Below, piece after piece: positions 46,601-55,147 of a stretch of DNA of 64,000 bases. The DNA comes from Planctomycetota bacterium (GTDB lineage: Bacteria; Planctomycetota; B15-G4). Where the stretch lies: the NCBI GenBank assembly GCA_965248575.1, contig CBDFJQ010000002.1, forward strand, positions 1,632,001 through 1,696,000. Reading direction: 5' to 3'. The position numbers and the translations under genes were made by a program. Each line of letters begins with the position of its first letter. Position 1 is the stretch's first letter. Under the pieces are notes generated by a model. It saw nothing but the letters and a program-made list of their open reading frames with translations. It did no database searches and was not told where the DNA came from.

Positions 46601-48611
46601 CGCTCAACATGGCCTTGGCGCCGATCGGGGTCCGGGGGTCGCCCAGGTCGGCGTTCACCTCGCTCGTTCCAGCCAAGGACGTGAAGTTGTTGCGCTGGTA
46701 GAGAGTCAGGTCGGCACCCACGGGCAAGATGCCCTGGGCCGTGATCAAGACGGTGGCCCCGCTCGCGGAGTTGGAGGTCAGGCCGACATCCGTGTCGATC
46801 AGCATCGTGCCCACCGAGAGCGCCTTGGCCGGGCTGAGACCATCCGGAAACGACGCCAACGGCAAACCGAATGCAGCGACATCCGAGATGGCCACCCCCG
46901 TCTTGCCCAGGCTGAGGTCGACCCGGTCGATGGTGTCGTCGGATCGGTTGAGTGCCAAGACCTCCGTCTCGGACACGAACTCGATGGCCGAGTAGGCCGA
47001 TGTCAGGCCGAGCACCACGTCGACCGCATCGCCGCTAAAGACACCCTCGCCGCTGCCGAACACGCCGTTCAGATCCAGATCGATGGGCGAAAGCCTCAAG
47101 ATGGACGGGAAGCTCTCGCCACCCACGGTGGCCAGGGCGTACAGAATGCCGGATGGAGCCTGAGCGAGATCGTGCAGCTCCGAAACGGCCCCGGGCCAGA
47201 CGTCGCTCATGAAGCCTGTGACGCCATCGCCCAGCGTCACACTCGTGAGCAAGGGCGCAAGAACGCTGGGTGATGCAGGGCTGTAGCGACGGCGAACGAT
47301 GTCCGGCATCAGCTCGTAGATCCGTGCGGTGGTCTGATCGAAGCCCACCAGGCGACCGTCGAGCAAGCTGGTGATGCCCACCAGGTCGTCGAGCCCCGTG
47401 TCCACGAGCGCAGGTGTCGCCGCCCCACCGTCCAGCGCCATGGCAGCAGCGCTCGGATCGCCCAGGACGTGGTCGGCAACACTCAGGAAATCGTTGCCAC
47501 CATCCATCTTGAACAGCGTGAACAGCAGCGAGGCATCGCGACCTGAAGCCAGGCCATCGGGGGCCGTGGACAGGCCTGCGTCCGGCGTTGGCAAGCCTCC
47601 ATCCAGGCTCCCGTGCAGGAACACATCGGATCCATCGGGTGCACCCACACCAGCGTCCGTACTGTCAAAGCCGGACAGGGCGGGGAAGGCCGCATGCGTG
47701 CCCAAGGCGTCTTGCGGAATGGTGTGGGACACCACAACCGGCGTCGCCCGAGCCGACAGGAAGAAGCTTGTCTCGATGGCACCGTCACCGTCGAGGTCGG
47801 AGCCCATGATGTTGGCCTGGGTCGGCAGCACCGGGCGGTCGAAGGTGAGCTCGAACTCACCCGGGCCCGTGGGAAACAAAGGCGTGCTCGAACCCAAGGC
47901 CATGGTCGCGAAAGTACCCGGCTGGAAATCTGTCGCGCCATCCGTCGGCACGGCCGCGGTCAGGGCCGGCGGATCCGAAGCCGCAGGATCCGAGGGGTAG
48001 AAGGCTGCGGGGTTCGACGTCAGGCCGAACTTGACCTCGTTGCTCACCCCCCCGAAGTCGGTGTTCAGGTTGTCGATCTTCGTGCCGACGGCGGCGCTCA
48101 CACGCGCCGTGTAGGTGGAGGCCGGCAGGAAGCCTGGGACGGCGGCCGGCGGAGCCGACAACGTCACCTGCAACGGGGCCGTCGGAATGAAGGGCCGGAA
48201 CTCGACGTCGTTGCCTACCAGGGTGTAGGTGCCCTTGGCTGGGATGATCGGAGAGCCCGCCAACGCACCGGCGTCTGGAGTCACCTCCGAGGGCGTGGTG
48301 AACACGGGCAGGCTGAGGGAATCAAAGGGCCCAGACGGCTCGTCGTCGAACTTGAAGATGACCGTGACGTTCAGACCGGCGCCAGGCGTGGTCGGCACCG
48401 TGGAGTTGTCCTCCATCGGCGGGGTTGTCGTGAGCACCCCATCGCCAAACCGGAAGGCGAAACCCGTGAATTTGACGGCAGCACCGGCACCGGGCCCGGG
48501 CCCACCCTTACCACCACCGCCTCCGCCACCCCCCCCGCCACAGGCGGGAAGGCCAACAAGGAGAACGGAAGCAAGCAGTAGGATCGAGGCGGGGCGTGCC
48601 AGTTGCACCAT
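43653..48611 (-). CDS. Giant (1652 aa) Gly-rich surface lipoprotein of unknown function
   Basis: Signal peptide with lipobox LPAC followed by poly-Gly; Ig-like-looking N-half; DLDGDG motif; many GGxGG runs in C-half; GGAG Shine-Dalgarno. Confidence 0.8.
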   Translation of the reverse strand: MVQLARPASILLLASVLLVGLPACGGGGGGGGGGKGGPGPGAGAAVKFTGFAFRFGDGVLTTTPPMEDNSTVPTTPGAGLNVTVIFKFDDEPSGPFDSLSLPVFTTPSEVTPDAGALAGSPIIPAKGTYTLVGNDVEFRPFIPTAPLQVTLSAPPAAVPGFLPASTYTARVSAAVGTKIDNLNTDFGGVSNEVKFGLTSNPAAFYPSDPAASDPPALTAAVPTDGATDFQPGTFATMALGSSTPLFPTGPGEFELTFDRPVLPTQANIMGSDLDGDGAIETSFFLSARATPVVVSHTIPQDALGTHAAFPALSGFDSTDAGVGAPDGSDVFLHGSLDGGLPTPDAGLSTAPDGLASGRDASLLFTLFKMDGGNDFLSVADHVLGDPSAAAMALDGGAATPALVDTGLDDLVGITSLLDGRLVGFDQTTARIYELMPDIVRRRYSPASPSVLAPLLTSVTLGDGVTGFMSDVWPGAVSELHDLAQAPSGILYALATVGGESFPSILRLSPIDLDLNGVFGSGEGVFSGDAVDVVLGLTSAYSAIEFVSETEVLALNRSDDTIDRVDLSLGKTGVAISDVAAFGLPLASFPDGLSPAKALSVGTMLIDTDVGLTSNSASGATVLITAQGILPVGADLTLYQRNNFTSLAGTSEVNADLGDPRTPIGAKAMLSVRTADPTAGPAAAIDDVFLEEFDSVVFEDEGVLSDNPKAEWALSIPGGGTTSGLRASVGVAESAQLGDFLPQAASNFDPSKAYLRAKLPWVGAHLVTDHAESLLDLTQTNFEVILLDTDVQQFPLPSGATPGALGNVTVLGGHFVFRDFIIPEGVHVVAKGSKPLRITAVGKVEIHGILDVSGTNGLGDDSFDSGFLPVRGGPGGAGGGRGGDAQPSLFDPNGAGTLDQFVSPERAQRGLGPVIGSEGTVSFQEIGGHGGLVTAGYDPNAAGFPKTGVALPAGPVPNSEHHRPPGGGGGTYYFRGEQAHEGTGAYFVQSSSTYFPFSKCATNNKIDDATYGNEERRAQGFTPPPPPLQCVYMDGDRTAPNRFKPGGLPGDLVFADGNPNNDFIGATGEIPFLLGGQGGGGGGSRLDSLQHGIWGVGPTGLPVPPPAPPFFPALFINNTYFAPSLFDGKGGGGGGGGGGVEIRSFTSILVSRTGHIDASGGSGGGGEVVQNSNVGGGGGGGSGGAILLQAAEGITIEADPSHLSANFIDKSGDQGAGLDVSGGFGRDAQTLTPSMDYDLKLFTGDWSRSDGGQGGFGLIQLQTGNGTKPVVEEGAFLFAWQRSVAKYGGWNLGASFQKEHGDFTAPFDPNKIVDQLRYVDLLDYRQYKPDNAVNRYYVLNGSYPPIISSTDGDDGQGLINEFPVGSGKFWADTTMTSGPLSQGEVVVRDPAPQVLLETYDGFDPLTMKETNPNNMPPGTLYPVGSDLPMPIALDEPGGTVPMVTAGGQQVFDPANLINRLPVVHPDLTPPPFGTTSVGVSRWLDFNGVAVRVRDGSGRPPPFFEAVKGTYHASAGVPVPPGKEGQVILSSGSIPGKPLKPVQDTVGNPTLDGLAGVPKNDIKVDSPDFNEANVVSNNSTVTLEFQAAYAVRPGSHVPDSTTLTAWVPDLTDLSGMPLVRFRMVFDVGADVINYPFGVDSYRPQADYVRLRTTY

Positions 48612-49026
48612 GCCATCACTCCGGGGTCGGGAGGGGCCTGACGAACTGAGCCCTGGGAGGAGGAAAGGCTCAGATCGGGACCACAGGTATGAATCGGACT
48701 ATCTTACACAGATCGGGATGTGACGATCCGTGCCGACTATTACAAACACTTCGATTTGGGCGATTCGAGTGGCGATTCGCAGGGTCTCCGTTCCGCCACC
48801 CGGCTAAGCAGCCGGGTGCTCCTACGGCGCCTCCAACTGACACGAGCATCCACTGATGTTGGCCGGGTGGCACGACCGCTTCAGAACGACCCCAGAACGC
48901 TACTTTGGGGGCCAGCGGGGGGCCGGGGATGCCACATCAGCCCCACCTGCGGCGAGGAATCGCCGCCACGATCAGTAGCCCCTCGTCGATCGACTGACCG
49001 ACGACTGGGGAGGAGCCCCGAAGGGC

Positions 49027-49103
49027 TGGTACACCCGGCAGGATTCGAACCTGCGACCTCCTGCTCCGGAGGCAGGCGCTCTATCCAGCTGAGCTACGGG
49101 TGC
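49027..49103 (-). tRNA. tRNA-Arg(CCG)
   Basis: GCACCCGTAGCTCAGCTGGATAGAGCGCCTGCCT-CCG-GAGCAGGAGGTCGCAGGTTCGAATCCTGCCGGGTGTACCA; 77 nt cloverleaf, encoded CCA. Confidence 0.97.
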
Positions 49104-49143
49104 CCGTGAGAAGCGTCTGATGATCCGGGGCCGAAGCGGAGCG

Positions 49144-49515
49144 TCAAGGGGCGGCTTCGAAGGAGCTGGAGTTCTCTTCCCCCGGCCCCTCACTCCTGGA
49201 GCCGTCCTCGGGCAGGACCTCTGGCAGAACCGGCGCCACGACTTGCATCAGCTGGTCCACTGACAGAACACCCGTCTGGAGGCCTGACTCGCTGGTCACC
49301 AGCACGTTTGGGCCGGTGGCACAGCTGTCCAGGCAGGTGCATCCGCAGAGCTGAAACGAGCGATCCGGGCCGGATGGCGCCATCGTCAGGCGCCCCTGCC
49401 GGAGCAACGCCTCGCCTCCTCTTTCCGAGCAGGAGGGCCCCTGGCAGATGAACACCACCCCCCGCTCGGGGGGCTGGCCCTGATCGCGATCCTGAGTGGT
49501 CGGTCGCAGCGGCAT
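49144..49515 (-). CDS. Thioredoxin-like [2Fe-2S] ferredoxin domain protein
   Basis: FICQGPSC...G, CLDSCATGPNV (four Cys ligands); starts 4 nt after leuS stop. Confidence 0.75.
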   Translation of the reverse strand: MPLRPTTQDRDQGQPPERGVVFICQGPSCSERGGEALLRQGRLTMAPSGPDRSFQLCGCTCLDSCATGPNVLVTSESGLQTGVLSVDQLMQVVAPVLPEVLPEDGSRSEGPGEENSSSFEAAP

Positions 49516-49519
49516 CCTC

Positions 49520-51970
49520 TCAGCGCACCTTGACCACGAAGTTGAGAATCCGCCCGGGCACGGCGATGACCTTGACCACATCGCCCTGGGAGAGCAGCTG
49601 GGCGATGCCCCCATCCTCCCGGGCGCACGCTTCCAGTTGGGCGGCATCGGCATCGGCGGGCATCTTCAGCACGGTCCGTACCTTCCCGTTGATCTGCACC
49701 GGCACGTCCACCGTGTCTTGCTGCAGCAGCGACTCATTCAGCTCTGGCCACGCCTGCCAACTCAGCAACTCGTCCTGGCCGAGCACCGCATGCAGCTCTT
49801 CAGCGATGTGGGGTGCATAGGGCTCGAGCATGGTGAGGAACGGAACCGCCAGGCGACGTGGCATACGCCCCCCGTCGCGAGTCAGCACGTTCACGCATTC
49901 CATCATCGCGCTGATGGCCGTGTTGAAGGACAGGTTCTCCGTGTCGGAGGTCACGCGCTTCAGGGTTCCATGGAACGCCCGCAGGGCTTCGTCCGACGGC
50001 TCGGCGTCGTCCACGACCAGCTCGCCTTCCAGGCCGATGAAGAGTCGCCAGACCCGCTTCAGGAAGCGGTGCGTTCCGTTGAGCCCGCTCGTCTGCCAGG
50101 GCTTCGTCGCCGTCAGCGGGCCCATGAACATCTCGTAGAGCCGGAACGCATCCGCGCCGAAGCGCTCGACGATCTCGTCCGGGTTGATCACGTTGCCACG
50201 GCTCTTGGACATCTTCTCGCCGTCCTCGCCCAGGATCATTCCCTGGTTGAGCAGCTGCCCGAAGGGTTCCTTGGTGCTCACGACTCCGGCATCAAACAGC
50301 ACCTTGTGCCAGAAGCGTGCGTAGAGCAGGTGCAAGACGGCGTGCTCGGAACCGCCGATGTAGAGGTCGACCGGCATCCAGTACTTCTCCAGCTCGGGGT
50401 CCACGAGCTGCTGGTCGTTGGCCGGGTCGATGTAACGCAGGTAGTACCAACAAGACCCCGCCCACTGGGGCATCGTGTGGGTCTCACGCAGCACGGCTTC
50501 ACCGCTGGCGGGGTCGGTCGTCTCGACCCATTGCGTGACGGCCGCCAGGGGGGATTCCCCCGTGCCGGAAGGCTGGTAACGCTCCACCTCAGGCAGGCGA
50601 ACCGGCAGCTCGGATGCAGGCACCGTGCTGACACGGCCGTCGGCATGGTGCAGGAGCGGAAAGGGCTCGCCCCAGTAGCGCTGCCGGCTGAACAGCCAAT
50701 CGCGCAGCTTGGTGTGGACTGCGGCGACGCCCTTGCCTTGCTCCTCCAACCAGGCGATCACCTTTCGCTTGGCCTCTTCGGCCGACAGGCCATCGAGGAA
50801 CCCGCTGTTGACCGCCAGACCACCCTCAGTCCACGCCTCTGCCTGCGGATTGCCCCCGGAGATCACCTCCACGATGGGCAGGCCGTAGACCTGAGCAAAC
50901 TCGTGGTCCCGCTCGTCGTGCGCCGGAACGGCCATGATGGCACCGGTGCCATAACCCATCATGACGTAGTCGGCGACCCAGATCGGCAAGGACTCACCGT
51001 TCACGGGGTTGATGGCGAAGGCGCCCGTGAACACGCCCGTCTTCTCGCGCTGCAACTGGGTGCGTTCGAGATCGCTCTTGGAGGAGGCGGCGTCGCGGTA
51101 CGCCTCCACGGCTGCACGCTGTTCGTCCGTCACGAAGGCATCGAGGGACGCGTGTTCTGGAGCGACCACCATATAGGTGGCGCCGAACAAGGTGTCGGGG
51201 CACGTGGTGAACACTCGCAACGGCTCACCTGCATGGCCCTGCACGACGAAGTCCACTTCTGCGCCCGTGCTGCGTCCGATCCAGTTGCGCTGCATGTCCT
51301 TCACGTGCTCAGGCCAGTTCAGGTCATCCAGGTCGTCCAGCAAGCGGTCGGCGTATTCGGTGATGCGCAGCATCCACTGTTTCATGGGCCGTCGGATGAC
51401 TGGGTGCCCGCCCACCTCGCTCTTGCCGTCCACCACCTCTTCATTGGCGAGCACCGTGCCCATCTCCGGGCACCAGTTGACGGGGATCTCGGCCTGGTAG
51501 GCCAGACCCTTCTCGTAGAGCTTCAGGAAGATCCACTGTGTCCAGCGGTAGTAGGCAGGATCGGTGGTGTTGACCTCCCGATCCCAGTCGTAGCTGAACC
51601 CCAGGGACTGCAGCTGGCGGCGAAAGTTCTTCACGTTCCTGGCCGTGGTCTTGGACGGGTGCACGCCGGTCTTCAGGGCGTACTGTTCGGCAGGCAGGCC
51701 GAAAGCGTCCCAACCCATGGGGTGCAGCACGTTGAAGCCCAAGTGGCGTCGAAAACGCGCCACGATGTCCGTGGCCGTGTAGCTGAGGGGGTGTCCGACG
51801 TGCAGCCCCTCCCCGCTGGGGTACGGGAACATGTCCAGCACGTAGTACTTGGGAAGGCTCAGATCGCCCCTGGCGGCGAATGTCTTCTCCTTCAACCAAC
51901 GTGCCTGCCAGCGGGCCTCCAGGGCCTGGTGGTCGTAGGTGCCCGTCTTGTCGTCTTGCGTTGTGGTCAC
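49520..51970 (-). CDS. leuS: Leucine--tRNA ligase
   Basis: [43 protein letters not shown] start with GAGG. Confidence 0.98.
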   Translation of the reverse strand: MTTTQDDKTGTYDHQALEARWQARWLKEKTFAARGDLSLPKYYVLDMFPYPSGEGLHVGHPLSYTATDIVARFRRHLGFNVLHPMGWDAFGLPAEQYALKTGVHPSKTTARNVKNFRRQLQSLGFSYDWDREVNTTDPAYYRWTQWIFLKLYEKGLAYQAEIPVNWCPEMGTVLANEEVVDGKSEVGGHPVIRRPMKQWMLRITEYADRLLDDLDDLNWPEHVKDMQRNWIGRSTGAEVDFVVQGHAGEPLRVFTTCPDTLFGATYMVVAPEHASLDAFVTDEQRAAVEAYRDAASSKSDLERTQLQREKTGVFTGAFAINPVNGESLPIWVADYVMMGYGTGAIMAVPAHDERDHEFAQVYGLPIVEVISGGNPQAEAWTEGGLAVNSGFLDGLSAEEAKRKVIAWLEEQGKGVAAVHTKLRDWLFSRQRYWGEPFPLLHHADGRVSTVPASELPVRLPEVERYQPSGTGESPLAAVTQWVETTDPASGEAVLRETHTMPQWAGSCWYYLRYIDPANDQQLVDPELEKYWMPVDLYIGGSEHAVLHLLYARFWHKVLFDAGVVSTKEPFGQLLNQGMILGEDGEKMSKSRGNVINPDEIVERFGADAFRLYEMFMGPLTATKPWQTSGLNGTHRFLKRVWRLFIGLEGELVVDDAEPSDEALRAFHGTLKRVTSDTENLSFNTAISAMMECVNVLTRDGGRMPRRLAVPFLTMLEPYAPHIAEELHAVLGQDELLSWQAWPELNESLLQQDTVDVPVQINGKVRTVLKMPADADAAQLEACAREDGGIAQLLSQGDVVKVIAVPGRILNFVVKVR

Positions 51971-52181
51971 TGAGCCTCTCGCGTGTAATCCGACCACAAT
52001 ACCCAGGCGCGGGCCCCGGGTCCCAGCAGCAGCCTGACCGAGGCAGAAAAGCCTTGATGGACCGGGGACCCGTCTCCTACCGTCTCTGCCCTTCGGAGTC
52101 AGCGTTCGTGGTTGGCACGACCCTCGTCCCGCAGGGGCTGGGTCTGGCAGCTGCGGCACGACTGCGGTAGAGCGTTTCGAT

Positions 52182-52257
52182 GGGCGGTTAGCTCAGCTGG
52201 TAGAGCGTCTGGCTGGCAGCCAGAAGGTCAGGGGTTCGACCCCCCTACCGTCCACCA
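52182..52257 (+). tRNA. tRNA-Ala(GGC)
   Basis: GGGCGGTTAGCTCAGCTGGTAGAGCGTCTGGCT-GGC-AGCCAGAAGGTCAGGGGTTCGACCCCCCTACCGTCCACCA; G3.U70 Ala identity pair, A73, CCA. Confidence 0.97.
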
Positions 52258-52605
52258 TTTCTTCCGCTCGCGCCCCACGGCCACCTGGGCTGGGCGCTGC
52301 GACGTCGCGCTGACCGGCAGATGCCCCGCCGGCGCCCTCAGGTCTGCCTGAAGCTGCCCCCACAAGGGCCCCAAGACAGCGGTTTGGCGGCCATTCGTCC
52401 GGCAACCACGCCGCCCAGCCTTGTACCTGCTGCAAGCGTCTCGTCCCTCCCGCGCGCGCCCCCCGTGACCGTCATGCGCAGCCCGGCAGGACATATACAC
52501 AGCCATCCATGAAAAAAGCGTCAAGTGGTGCCGCGTCATGTCCGACGAATGCCCTCAGCAAGGTCCTCGTTACGACCAGCAAAAAGTCACCCCAGAGGCA
52601 GTCCC

Positions 52606-53067
52606 ATGACCATCAGTAATCGTAATCAGAAGGGCTTTACGCTTGTTGAGCTCCTGATCGTCGTCATCATTCTCGGTATCCTCGCGGCCGTCGTGATCCC
52701 GCAGTTCAACACCGCGGCGTCCGAGTCCAAGGAAGCCGCTTTGGCGTCCAACCTGGCGACCGTTCGTCAGGCCATCGAGATGTACAAGGTGCAGCACAAC
52801 GACACCTTCCCCACGTCTGCGATCGTGCTTCAGCTCACGAACAGCACCGACATCGCCGGTGCCACCACCGGCTCCGCTTACGGCCCTTACTTGCGGAACG
52901 CGTTCCCCAAGAACCCGGTCTCCAGCGTCGCCACCGTCGCCACGGGTACCTCCATCTCCACGCCGTCTGACCAGACGGGTGGCTGGGCGTACGACACCGT
53001 GCTCGGTGAGTTCAGGGCGAACATCTCCGGCAACGGCCCGAGTGGTACCGCTTACTTCTCCCTCTAA
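52606..53067 (+). CDS. Type IV pilin / GspG-like major pseudopilin (paralogue 1)
   Basis: Class III signal QKG-FTLVELLIVVIILGILAAVVIP; YGPYLR...P.NP. Confidence 0.92.
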   Translation: MTISNRNQKGFTLVELLIVVIILGILAAVVIPQFNTAASESKEAALASNLATVRQAIEMYKVQHNDTFPTSAIVLQLTNSTDIAGATTGSAYGPYLRNAFPKNPVSSVATVATGTSISTPSDQTGGWAYDTVLGEFRANISGNGPSGTAYFSL

Positions 53068-53094
53068 GCTCACCTGAGCCGAAGGCGAAGTACG

Positions 53095-53131
53095 GAATCC
53101 CCGGTGAGGCGCGCTGCCTCACCGGGGATTC
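53095..53131 (+). terminator. Perfect 16-bp stem-loop after pilin 1
   Basis: gaatccccggtgaggc-gcgct-gcctcaccggggattc, followed by actgcgtttt. Confidence 0.7.
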
Positions 53132-53343
53132 ACTGCGTTTTGGGGCGTACCGCGCGACGCCCTGGGCAAAACAGTCGTCCAGCGCCCAGCTGTCGTCGAT
53201 CTCGAGCGCTCTTCCAGGGTCGCCGACCCACGACTCGCCGACTTTTCCACGGAAAGCCCGGCAATCCACAGCCCGGATCTCAAGTGGCCCCCGCTGAGCG
53301 ACGACTCATGCAGATCTCCACCCCAATACCGGAGCAGGTCTCC

Positions 53344-54495
53344 ATGTCTTTCAACACTCAAGATCCTTCCAGCCGCCGCCGCGAATCGGGCTTCACGCTC
53401 GTCGAGGTGCTCGCATCCAGTGTCTTTGGCGCGATGCTCCTGATGGCCCTGGCCTACGCCACGACCGAGTTCGTCATCGGCGTCACCCACATGGAAGCGA
53501 AGGCGGGCATCAGCGATGGCGAAGCCAAGGTCCTGCGCCGTCTGACCCGCGAAGTCCGCGAAGCCTGGTACGCCGAAGTCATCAACTCGGAACGCTTGCG
53601 CATCGCCGACCCGGATGGCGGCATCAGCGAGTTCTACCTCGACGCCACGGAGCTCAAGCTCAAGCGCCCCAACGGCGACCTCGGCGTCATCCTGTCCGAC
53701 GTGGCAGTGCTCGACTTCGAGGGCGCCGGCGTCATCCGCAAGCGTGAGGGAGTGCCGACCCAGTGGGACTCCACGCTCTACACCCGCAGCATGCCGGGCT
53801 CTTCGCCCTTCGCGCTGGAGGTGCCCGTGGGTGGCTTGCTCTCCATGGCCTTCCAGGCACCCGTGACGGACGACGACCTCCCGAGCGGTGGCATCCCTGG
53901 TGACGAGGTCCTGATCGACCAAGGCGTCTCGCTCTTCAGCGCGCCCCTCGCCTGGGTCGCCGGTACGGATCCTGAGGACCTCATCATCGAGGTCTTCGAA
54001 AGCTGGGCCCCCGGCTCCGCCAAGCCCCTCGACTCGGCCCTGGGTTCCGTCGCGATCCCCGGCTCCTCCCTGACCCCGGCCGTCTGGAATGGCTCCAGCT
54101 ATGACGTGCCCGCTACGAGCCTCGCCCTGAGCGTCTCCGGAATCGCCCCGGCCCTGAGCGCCGGAACGGGCTACGTCGTCGTGCTGCACGCCACGGGCGA
54201 CGCCAAGCTCATCACCCAGGCCCAGTCACAGTTCCCGGACCCGTCCAACGACGACGTTGCCCTGAACCTCGGTTCGTTCGGCTCGACCTTTAGCACGCTG
54301 CCGGTCGCCGTGCCGTTCTCGGTCGCGGGCCCGTACACCCTCTCCACGAGTGTGGACTCGTCGGTCGTCGCCACCGTCAGCATCCAGCTGCAGCTGAAGG
54401 ACAAGGACCTGCAGATCCGCTCCGCCACCTTGCTGGGACAAGCCCTCAGCGATGACCCCTGGTCAGGTGTGGTTCCCGGAGACGCGGCGCCTTAG
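53344..54495 (+). CDS. Large minor pilin (PilW/GspJ-like N-terminus, about 380 aa)
   Basis: RESG-FTLVEVLASSVFGAMLLMAL, LRRLTREVREA helix, beta-rich C-domain; GGAG before ATG 53344. Confidence 0.8.
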   Translation: MSFNTQDPSSRRRESGFTLVEVLASSVFGAMLLMALAYATTEFVIGVTHMEAKAGISDGEAKVLRRLTREVREAWYAEVINSERLRIADPDGGISEFYLDATELKLKRPNGDLGVILSDVAVLDFEGAGVIRKREGVPTQWDSTLYTRSMPGSSPFALEVPVGGLLSMAFQAPVTDDDLPSGGIPGDEVLIDQGVSLFSAPLAWVAGTDPEDLIIEVFESWAPGSAKPLDSALGSVAIPGSSLTPAVWNGSSYDVPATSLALSVSGIAPALSAGTGYVVVLHATGDAKLITQAQSQFPDPSNDDVALNLGSFGSTFSTLPVAVPFSVAGPYTLSTSVDSSVVATVSIQLQLKDKDLQIRSATLLGQALSDDPWSGVVPGDAAP

Positions 54496-54640
54496 GCCCT
54501 CAGCCCCCCTCGCACCTGCAAACGAGCCCCCACTGCCAACGAACGCCAAGGACCCCGATCGAGACCTGAGCCACGGCCATCACCACCTGCACAGCACGCA
54601 GGACAAAGCACACAGCTCAGCTCATCAGAAAGCCCCGACC

Positions 54641-55138
54641 ATGATCCCACACCGAATGCACAGCCAGCCGCTCTCCCGCCCACGCCCCCAGCGGGGCTTC
54701 ACTCTGGTCGAGCTGCTGATCGTGGTGGTCATCCTGGGCATTCTCGCCGCCGTGGTGATCCCACAGTTCGAGAACACTTCGGCCTCCACCAAGGAGAGCG
54801 CCTTGGTGGCCAACTTGCAGACCATGCGCCAAGCCATCGCGCTTTACCGTGTGCAGCACAACGAGATCTATCCGGGGCAGGCCAGTTGGGATGAGTTCCA
54901 GACCCAGCTCAGCACCACGACCCATGCGGATGGGACCGCCGGCGGCAACTACGGACCCTACTTGCGCACTGGGATCCCGCTGAACCCGGTCTCCGACGAT
55001 GGCGACGGCAAGCTCTTCACGACCATGCCCTCGGTACCCGACGAAACCGAGGGCTACGCCTACGAGCCCTCCACGGGCGAGTTGCGCGCCAACGTCGCAG
55101 GCACCGCACCCAGCGGCACGGCGTACTGGGACCTCTAG
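54641..55138 (+). CDS. Type IV pilin / GspG-like major pseudopilin (paralogue 2)
   Basis: QRG-FTLVELLIVVVILGILAAVVIPQF; YGPYLR; start 54641 or 54656. Confidence 0.9.
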   Translation: MIPHRMHSQPLSRPRPQRGFTLVELLIVVVILGILAAVVIPQFENTSASTKESALVANLQTMRQAIALYRVQHNEIYPGQASWDEFQTQLSTTTHADGTAGGNYGPYLRTGIPLNPVSDDGDGKLFTTMPSVPDETEGYAYEPSTGELRANVAGTAPSGTAYWDL

Positions 55139-55147
55139 AGAGACCGA

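Noticed and set aside
48868..52125. TGGCACGACC at about 48868 and about 52113 as sigma-54 promoters
   Set aside because: Both lack the -12 TTGC at the required spacing.
53160..53280. c-di-GMP-I riboswitch before the minor pilin (gggcaaaac...ggaaagcc)
   Set aside because: No GNRA-capped P2, and the spacing and P1 pairing do not fit.
43653..55138. Genomic island integrated at tRNA-Arg or tRNA-Ala
   Set aside because: No integrase, no duplicated tRNA 3' end seen, and no obvious compositional break.
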